Position numbers and translations under genes: made by a program. The notes under the pieces were generated by a model. The model saw only the letters and a program-made list of their open reading frames with translations, ran no database searches and was not told the DNA's origin. From contig JADJPF010000020.1 in the NCBI GenBank assembly GCA_016713405.1, forward strand, positions 616,862 to 680,861: a DNA stretch of 64,000 nt, in the 5' to 3' direction. Shown here in pieces: positions 57,221 through 64,000 of this stretch. The number at the start of each line of letters is the position of its first letter. Positions within the stretch are counted from its first letter, which is position 1. Source of the stretch: Blastocatellia bacterium (lineage in GTDB: Bacteria > Acidobacteriota > Blastocatellia > Chloracidobacteriales > JADJPF01).

Positions 57221-58567
57221 TTAATTATTTATTTCCATATCGCTATAAAAAACGCCTATAGGCACACTTTCGCCTTCTGACTCGGCTGTAACATCAGTTA
57301 ATTTTAGATTAGCTTTTCCTGCTCCAAAAGCCTCAATGTTTATTGAAAAAGTGTTATGTTGATCATTTGGTTCAGGATGTCCAAATGTAGAAATCCCAAT
57401 ACTTGCAACAGTTATTTGCTTATCAACTTCATGAGGAAATAACACAGAAGCATTATTGCCAACAGATCGTTTAACTTTAATTACTTGTGGATTAAACTGT
57501 AAGTTAAACTTTAAACTAACAGATTGTTGAGTATTAACAGAAATTCTTATCTCTCCACTTTGACCAACTCTTAAATTTGGATTAAGAGGAGTTACTACAA
57601 CTTTTATAGGTGAACGTGTTGTTGTGTTTGTTGGATTTTCGACTTTTGAACTAACTTTTCCTGTTGCATTAGAAGCCAGTTCTGTAACTGATTTGTTACC
57701 TAAACTAGTAGTATTATTAGTTGTTGGATAAGGGGTAAAAATTATTTCTCCTGTTGTTGGTTCGTTTTTATCACAGACACCATTTTTGTTGTCATCTAAG
57801 CAATTTGGATCTTTAGTTTTTGTGTTGGATGTGATTTTGTTATTGTCTAAAAAGCTGTTAACAAAAGGTTTTTTTGACTTTTTAGTACTAGATGAGGCCA
57901 TAAGACTATTTTGTTTTGTTTTTTTTGAGGGCTTATGGTTTGCAGTTAGAGTTAAGTTTTGATTTTTGCTAATAGCAAAACGGCTAGTTTTATCAATGGT
58001 AAGGCGTGTTTCAGCCGTCTTTGGTGAAAGGGCAATATAATAAACTTTCTCTTGGTTGGGAAAGGCTGTATTACTAGATAGAGTAATTTTGCTAGTATCT
58101 GTGGAAAATCCAAGCCCAAAACCTCCATAGAAAATTAAGGAAGCAACACTAGTAAGCCAAATAAAAGTTGCTACTCTAACGCCTTTATCCCAGTAGGGGC
58201 CTTTATGCGCTTGACCAATATCATTAATAATTGCAATCATAAAAACTTTAGGACTACTAGCAAAATCCCGTAAGCTAGTTTCTACTTCATCAAAGCAATT
58301 AGTAATAAGTGGTTTTTGATTTAACAGAGTAAATTCAATAGGTTTAGTTAAAGAAATAGGGTTTGAAATTAGCAATTTAAGTTCTTGCCATTGAGGAGAA
58401 TCCAAATTAGAAACCCTTTCTTTACTTGGAAAAGTAGAAAGTAACTTTTGGCAATCCTTACGGCAAAATTCGCAGGTGTATAGATGGGCAAAGAGATCTT
58501 TACCAATGTTACTAGTTATTTCTTCCAAATAATCTTGGAAGTCGGAGATCACTGTTTCGCAGCGCAT
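57221..58567 (-). CDS. zf-HC2 (anti-sigma-factor-like) membrane protein with beta-rich C-terminal domain
   Basis: N-terminal ..FAHLYTCEFCRKDCQKL.. (H-x3-C-x2-C), a central TM helix (VATFIWLTSVASLIFYGGFGLGF), a Ser/Thr/Asn/Lys-rich linker, and a C-terminal beta-sandwich-like region of about 130 aa. Confidence 0.6.
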   Translation of the reverse strand: MRCETVISDFQDYLEEITSNIGKDLFAHLYTCEFCRKDCQKLLSTFPSKERVSNLDSPQWQELKLLISNPISLTKPIEFTLLNQKPLITNCFDEVETSLRDFASSPKVFMIAIINDIGQAHKGPYWDKGVRVATFIWLTSVASLIFYGGFGLGFSTDTSKITLSSNTAFPNQEKVYYIALSPKTAETRLTIDKTSRFAISKNQNLTLTANHKPSKKTKQNSLMASSSTKKSKKPFVNSFLDNNKITSNTKTKDPNCLDDNKNGVCDKNEPTTGEIIFTPYPTTNNTTSLGNKSVTELASNATGKVSSKVENPTNTTTRSPIKVVVTPLNPNLRVGQSGEIRISVNTQQSVSLKFNLQFNPQVIKVKRSVGNNASVLFPHEVDKQITVASIGISTFGHPEPNDQHNTFSINIEAFGAGKANLKLTDVTAESEGESVPIGVFYSDMEINN

Positions 58568-58696
58568 AGTTGCTCCTCAAAATTAGTAAATGGCTTAATA
58601 TTTTCGTTTTAGAGATTGGTTCAGACTGGTCTAACATTAAACTTCAGATAAGCAAAAGAAGTTGCAAATTTTTCTCTTTTTTACGGAACTTTTTTC

Positions 58697-60076
58697 ATGT
58701 CAGAACTAGAAAAAAACTTTACTCAAGAAACATTAGAAAAAAGAGTCTTAACCTACCAAAACCGTATCTTACTTTTTAGTTTGCTTACGGGTTTTCCCGC
58801 AGTAGTTGTATCAATTGTCTTGCTTTGGAATAACAACTATAGCCCAAAAGTTATTTGGACATTAATTTTAATTATTCTGAGCTTTTGGTTAGGCTTTTCT
58901 TTTTCTATTGCCAGAAAAATTGTTTTTAATTTACAAACAGTTACTAATTTACTTGCTGCTCTACGTGAGGGAGATTATTCAATTCGCGCTCGTAGTATTG
59001 GACGAGGTGACGTACTAGGAGAAGTAATGCTAGAAGTAAATGCTATGGCAGAAACCTTACGTGAGCAGCGACTAGGAGCATTAGAAGCAAATGCCCTACT
59101 ACGTAAAGTTATGGTAGAAATTGATGTAGCAATATTTACTTTTGATAGTGAACAGAGGCTGCAATTAGTCAACCGTGCAGGAGAAAAACTTTTATCTCAG
59201 CCAATGGAAAGAGTTTTAGGACGAACAGCTAAAGAATTAGGTTTAGCAGAATGTTTACAAGGAGAAAGTAATACTACAGTTACTCGAACATTTCCTGGTG
59301 GACGTGCTGGACGGTGGGAAATTAGACGTGGAATTTTTCGGGAAAAAGGCATGGCTAACCAACTACTAGTTTTAACTGACCTTAGCCGCGCACTACGTGA
59401 AGAAGAACGCCAAGCTTGGCAACGCTTAGTTAGGGTGTTGGGGCATGAGTTAAATAACTCTTTAGCTCCAATTAAATCTATTGCTGGAAGTTTAGAAAAT
59501 ATGCTGACTCGTAAGCCCCCTGATTGGCAAGAAGATATAAAACATGGTCTTTCTGTTATTGCTGCTCTCGCCGAAGCCTTAAACCGGTTTATGGGTTCTT
59601 ATGCACGGTTAGCTAGGCTTCCACAACCAAGATTTCATAGTCTTGATGTAGCTGAATGGATTAAGCGTGTTGTTAGGTTAGAAACACGAATGGAAATAAA
59701 ATTATCCCCAGGCCCAGATTTAATTATTGAAGCAGATGGAGATCAGTTAGATCAATTACTAATAAATTTACTACGTAATGCTGTAGATGCTGCTTTAGAA
59801 ACTAGTGGTGGAGTTAGCCTTAGTTGGCAAGTAGAAAATAATTATCTTGAAATCTGCATAGAAGACGAGGGTTTAGGTTTAGCAAATACCTCTAATTTAT
59901 TTGTTCCATTTTTTACTACTAAGCCGCAAGGCTCTGGAATTGGGCTTGTTTTATCCCGCCAAATTGCAGAAGCGCATGGAGGAACACTTTCTTTGCAAAA
60001 TCGACCAAATGATAAGGGATGTGAAGCAAGGTTAAGAATTCCAATGGCTTCAGATGTAAGTAACTCTATAATATGA
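58697..60076 (+). CDS. sensor histidine kinase (TM-HAMP-PAS-HisKA-HATPase)
   Basis: Two N-terminal TM helices. H-box LGHELNNSLAPIKS. ATP-binding boxes LLRNAVDA, DEGLGL, GSGIGLVLS. Confidence 0.85.
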   Translation: MSELEKNFTQETLEKRVLTYQNRILLFSLLTGFPAVVVSIVLLWNNNYSPKVIWTLILIILSFWLGFSFSIARKIVFNLQTVTNLLAALREGDYSIRARSIGRGDVLGEVMLEVNAMAETLREQRLGALEANALLRKVMVEIDVAIFTFDSEQRLQLVNRAGEKLLSQPMERVLGRTAKELGLAECLQGESNTTVTRTFPGGRAGRWEIRRGIFREKGMANQLLVLTDLSRALREEERQAWQRLVRVLGHELNNSLAPIKSIAGSLENMLTRKPPDWQEDIKHGLSVIAALAEALNRFMGSYARLARLPQPRFHSLDVAEWIKRVVRLETRMEIKLSPGPDLIIEADGDQLDQLLINLLRNAVDAALETSGGVSLSWQVENNYLEICIEDEGLGLANTSNLFVPFFTTKPQGSGIGLVLSRQIAEAHGGTLSLQNRPNDKGCEARLRIPMASDVSNSII

Positions 60077-61026
60077 TATTTAGTAATTGTATGAAATTAG
60101 AATTAGTAGCAGAATCAATAGAAATAGGTAGACAAACGCTTTTAATTCGAGATCTTGCATTTAGTCCTGATGGTAAGTTGCTGGCTAGTGCTGGGACGGA
60201 TTCAATAATTAGATTTTGGGATGTTGCCACACAAAAAGAAGTAGGGCAAATTCTATGGGAAAAATTAGTTCCATATGGCTACTCTACTGTTGAATCAGTT
60301 GCATTTAGCCCTGATGGTAAATTATTTGCTGCCTGTGGCGGTATTGGCAGTCTAGCCCTTTTTTACACCTCTAACTTTCAATTAATTACAGAATTTCCTT
60401 TGCAAAAACGGACAAAACTTATTGAATCAAATGTTGCATTTAGTCCTTGTGGAAGATATCTTGCTGTAGTTGGCTGGAATAACGTTTTGCGTCTAATTTC
60501 TATAGAAGAACAAAAGGTAGTTCAACAATTAAATCTTCAAGGCTGGCTACATTCAATAGCTTTTCATCCTACAAAAAAATTATTAGCTGTTGGTGGTTCT
60601 AATTTTGTGCGATTGTTTGATTTTGAAACTAATCAAAGCTTTAATAATTTGCCAAAGAAAATAGCTCTTGATACTGAAAAGTTAGGTGGTAGCGATCTAG
60701 GTTTTAGTAATAATGGAAAATGGCTAGCTATAGCTTGTAGTGATGATAGCGTAAGAATTTACCAAGCCAACAAAAAGGAACCTCAGTTTATTTGTCGTAA
60801 TCATCGTGGTGGATCTACTGCTGTGGCCTGGCATCCCAAAAATGACTTATTTATTAGTGGTGATGGAAGTAAGTTTATTTATCTTTGGAATGGTGAAAGC
60901 GCAGAATTACTTACATCTATTGCTGGTCATCAAAAAAAAGTTTCTTGTCTAAAATGGCGTTTAGACGGTGAGGTGTTTGCTTCAGCAAGTTGGGATAGAT
61001 CCATTAAATTTTGGCAAATAGTTTAG
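60073..61026 (+). CDS. WD40-repeat protein
   Basis: Repeated ..AFSPDGKLLASAGTDSIIRFWDV.., ..VAFSPDGKLFAA.., ..SASWDRSIKFWQI. The start overlaps the kinase stop (ATGA). Confidence 0.8.
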   Translation: MIFSNCMKLELVAESIEIGRQTLLIRDLAFSPDGKLLASAGTDSIIRFWDVATQKEVGQILWEKLVPYGYSTVESVAFSPDGKLFAACGGIGSLALFYTSNFQLITEFPLQKRTKLIESNVAFSPCGRYLAVVGWNNVLRLISIEEQKVVQQLNLQGWLHSIAFHPTKKLLAVGGSNFVRLFDFETNQSFNNLPKKIALDTEKLGGSDLGFSNNGKWLAIACSDDSVRIYQANKKEPQFICRNHRGGSTAVAWHPKNDLFISGDGSKFIYLWNGESAELLTSIAGHQKKVSCLKWRLDGEVFASASWDRSIKFWQIV

Positions 61027-61042
61027 TTATACTTTACAACTT

Positions 61043-61072
61043 TAAACTAGCTTTAATTAAACTAGCTTTAAT
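61043..61072. repeat. perfect 15-bp tandem duplication (x2)
   Basis: taaactagctttaat at 61043-61057 is repeated exactly at 61058-61072, in the intergenic region. Confidence 0.9.
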
Positions 61073-61087
61073 AAAGGTAAGAAAATA

Positions 61088-61570
61088 ATGGAAAAAATAA
61101 TATTAGGGGCAGGATGTTTTTGGGGTGTTGAAGACTTGTTTAAGCAAGTTTGCGGAGTTATTTCAACCTGTGTTGGCTATTCAGGAGGATTTTTAGAAAA
61201 TCCAAGCTATGAAGATGTATGCTACAAAAATACTGGACATACAGAAGTTATTGAAATTGAATATGATACAGCACAAATTAATCTTCAAGAAATATTGAAT
61301 TTATTTTGGGATAATCATAACCCTACTTATAAAACTAAACCTCAATATAAATCTGTGATTTTTTATTTTACTCCTGAGCAAAAAAATTTAGCTGAGAACT
61401 TAAAAGAGCAATTAATTAAAAGTCAAAAATACAATAGTGAGATTAGAACAGATATTTTGCCTGCGCAAACCTTTTATAAAGCTGAAGAATACCATCAAAA
61501 ATATTATGAAAAGCAAAAAATTAAGCTTGAGAAATATTTATCAATTTGCAAAGTTGATTTAACAGATTGA
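61088..61570 (+). CDS. msrA: peptide-methionine (S)-S-oxide reductase MsrA
   Basis: GAGCFWGVE active-site motif, GHTEVIEIEYD, EEYHQKY. Confidence 0.9.
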   Translation: MEKIILGAGCFWGVEDLFKQVCGVISTCVGYSGGFLENPSYEDVCYKNTGHTEVIEIEYDTAQINLQEILNLFWDNHNPTYKTKPQYKSVIFYFTPEQKNLAENLKEQLIKSQKYNSEIRTDILPAQTFYKAEEYHQKYYEKQKIKLEKYLSICKVDLTD

Positions 61571-61571
61571 G

Positions 61572-61604
61572 AGCTAAAAAGCTTAGTTAGCTAGCTTTTT
61601 TTTT
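61572..61604 (+). terminator. intrinsic terminator after msrA
   Basis: Stem agctaa/ttagct with a 9-nt loop, then a T9 run at 61596-61604. Confidence 0.5.
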
Positions 61605-61657
61605 AAGAATAACAATAATCAACCATTAGCTAAATTTAATTTAGGTAGTTTAGTTTT

Positions 61658-62859
61658 ATGGTCGTCTCACGGACGAAATTATGGTGGACATTTCTTTGGT
61701 TAGGCTGTATTGGTTTTGGTGGTGGAATAGCTGTTTTAGCTCAAATTTATGTCCTCATAGTCCAAAAAGAGGTTGGTTAAAAGAAGCAGAATATTGGGAG
61801 GCTGCTGCCTTTGGTCAAAGTCTACCTGGCTCATATGCTGTTAATGCTGTTAGCTATATTGGTTTAAGACTTCAAGGTACAATAGGAGCAATTATAGCTG
61901 TTGTAGCTTTTTTACTACCTTCTTTTTTTATGATGATTGGTCTAACGCTTCTTTATCGTGAACTACAATCCAGACAAATAACAAATCTAGTAACCCTTTT
62001 TATGTCAATGAATGCTGCTGTTGTAGGCATTGTTTTAGCTGTCAGCATCAAACTTGGACGTAATGGAGTTAAAAATTATACTCAAGCAATAATGGCTGTT
62101 GCAGCTTGTCTTATTCTGCTGCTTAAATTCTTAATGTAGTTGAGGTAATTTTAGCTGCGGGTATTATTGGAATTTTTCTAAATTCATTAAAACATTCTAA
62201 TGAGGCTGTAATACAAACCGATGCTAGCACAAAGTCTAAAACAGATACTAGCTCTATACCTTCAACACGACCTGAAAAACTGTTATTGTTAATTCCACTA
62301 CTTTTACTACTTACACCTATCTTACCATTATTAGGAAAAGTTATCTTTTTTATTTCTACGAATTGGAGCAGTAACTTTTGGTGGTGGGTTTGTGATGATC
62401 CCACTAATTGAGCAGGAAGTAGTTAAAAACGCTCATTGGCTTACACATCAGCAATTTGTTGATGGTATGGCTAGGACAAATGACCCTTAGGCCAGTTTTA
62501 ATCACAGCTACTTTTGTTGGCTATTATGTAGCAGGTTTTTTAGGTGCAATAATATCTACTATTGCCGTATTTCTCCCATCGTTACTTATTACTATTATCA
62601 TAGGTCATCCTTTAGAACGTTTTCGCACTAATCCACAAGTCCAAGCTTTTCTATCAAGCTGTTACTCCTACTGTTGTAGGAATGATAGAGCCTTATTGTT
62701 AATATTACCCAAGCAGGCGTTACTTCTAAAATAGGCATTTTAATTGCAGCTACAGGTTGTTTAGTTTTGCTTAAATGGCGCGTTAGCCCTGCTTTAGTGA
62801 TGTTGGGAGCCATAATATTAGGTATCGCCTTAAGATATTTTCAAATAAGTTTAATTTAA
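61658..62859 (+). pseudogene. chrA: chromate transporter ChrA family, many frameshifts
   Basis: MVVSRTKLWWTFLWLGCIGFGGGIAVLAQ..|RGWLKEAEYWEAAAFGQSLPGSYAVNAVSYIG..; the second half (..GPVLITATFVGYYVAGFLGAIISTIAVFLPS..) is recoverable only by repeated frame changes. The first lesion is in the A-run near 61770. Confidence 0.75.
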
Positions 62860-62947
62860 TTAACTATTAGCAATGTTTTGATTTAATCAAAAACTAAATA
62901 TATAATCTCTGCTCACCGCAGTTTTCTTGATTTTTATGGAGCAAAAA

Positions 62948-64000
62948 ATGAAGTATTCAGATGTAGAAAATTATATTCAGGTCAATTTGTCCCTGTTAAC
63001 CTAGACCTCTTGGATGCATATAATCCCCGCTAATGGTAGTGTTATATCTAAAGTCCCGCTTTCAGGTATGGAACAAGTTGACGCGGCTGTAAAGGCTGCA
63101 AAAGAAGCCTTGCCTGCTTGGTCAAGTCTGCCTGTTAAAGAGCGTGTCCAAGTTCTTTATCGCTATAGAATGCTTTTAGAAAAAAATATTGAAGAACTTT
63201 ACACATCTTATAACTGAAGAAAAATGGGAAAAATTTATAGTGAAGCAAAAGCTGAAGTCTTAAAGTCTATGGAATTAACAGAATTTGCTTGCTCAATGCC
63301 CTCAAATTGTCGCTGGCGAAGTAATGAAGTTAGCCGAGGCGTAGAATGTCTATAGAAAATACCTGTTGTTGGAATTGTAGCTTCTATAACTCCTTTTAAC
63401 TTTCCAAATATAAAGGCTTAATTGACTATACCTAATGCTCTTGCTTTAGGCAATTGTATGATATTAAGCCTTCTGAATTAGTTCCTTTAAGCAGCGGGAC
63501 GTATTGCAGAACTGCTAAAAGAAGCTGGGCTGCCTGATGGAGTGCTTAATATTGTTCATGGTAGTAAAGATAACAGTAGATGCAATTTGTGACCACCCTG
63601 ACATAGAAGCAATTAGCTTTGGGTTCAACTAGTAGCAAAAATAGTTTACCGACGTGGTTTAGCTAACTTAAAGAGTATTAGCTTTGGGTGGTGCAAAAAT
63701 CACTTAATTGTAATGCCTGATGCTGATTTAGAAATGAGTGCAAGCAATATTGTTTGCCTCAATGTCTGGCTGCAGGGCAGCGTTAGATGGCTGCATCGGT
63801 AATGATGGCTGTAGGTAAAGTAGATCACATCATTGACCGAATGGTTAGCTTTGTAAAAACTTGCGCTAAAGAAAGACATTGGCCCAGTAATTTCCAAGGA
63901 AGCCAAAGCACGAATTGAAGGCTATATCACAGAAGCGAGCAGCAAGGAGCAAAAGTTTTAGTTGATGGACGCGGCACAGTTGTGCAGGTCAAGAAGATGG
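62948..64000 (+). pseudogene. aldehyde dehydrogenase, methylmalonate-semialdehyde dehydrogenase-like, heavily frameshifted, 3' end outside window
   Basis: Fragments across all three frames: NPANGSVISKVPLSGMEQVDAAVKAAKEALPAWS, ITPFNFPN, EAGLPDGVLNIVHGS, MPDADLE. ATG 62948 follows GGAG. Confidence 0.7.

Noticed and set aside
1-64000. Looked for CRISPR arrays, cas genes, transposases, integrases, phage structural genes, reverse transcriptases and restriction-modification genes.
   Set aside because: No regularly spaced direct repeats and no ORF with recognisable motifs of these families. The only mobile-element-like feature is the small foldback element at 24715-25011.

Overview
AT-rich bacterial chromosomal window with about 50 protein-coding loci and one tRNA-Ser(UGA). 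I found no rRNA, CRISPR array, transposase, integrase or phage gene. Housekeeping genes: glmU, ribD, rsmA/ksgA, queD, msrA, a lolA-like gene and a NifU-like gene. Envelope and efflux functions: (a) a TetR-linked DevCAB-like exporter; (b) a tandem-GntR (YtrA-type) ABC system whose permease is fused to a beta-propeller-like domain; (c) an HlyD + two ABC ATPase + sigma54-activator cluster with no permease; (d) a separate duplicated MacB/FtsX 'orphan' permease. The last is the ADOP architecture typical of Acidobacteriota, but the taxon is inference only. Most noteworthy: (i) a same-strand lipid/glycolipid neighbourhood (39979-46131). It holds a large radical SAM protein of the MJ0619/COG1964 type (the archaeal tetraether synthase Tes/GDGT-MAS family), a second radical SAM enzyme, a fatty-acid-hydroxylase-superfamily membrane protein, and GT2 and GT39 glycosyltransferases. 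(ii) a roughly 1300-codon P-loop NTPase + receiver-domain reading frame, followed by a DUF4388 / degenerate-J-domain / TPR protein (25064-31820). (iii) a 287-bp foldback element, MITE-like or a structured RNA, with 12-bp terminal inverted repeats and identical 5-bp flanking repeats (24715-25011). (iv) a perfect 20-bp inverted repeat built from TGTATTA heptamers that overlaps the promoter of the tandem GntR operon. Quality caveat: 16 of about 50 loci are interrupted as written. Most lesions are 1-nt homopolymer length changes, three are in-frame nonsense codons, and density rises sharply after about 61.6 kb. This looks more like uncorrected homopolymer/long-read error than biology, but the sequence alone cannot settle it. 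All family assignments come from motif recognition by eye; no searches were run.
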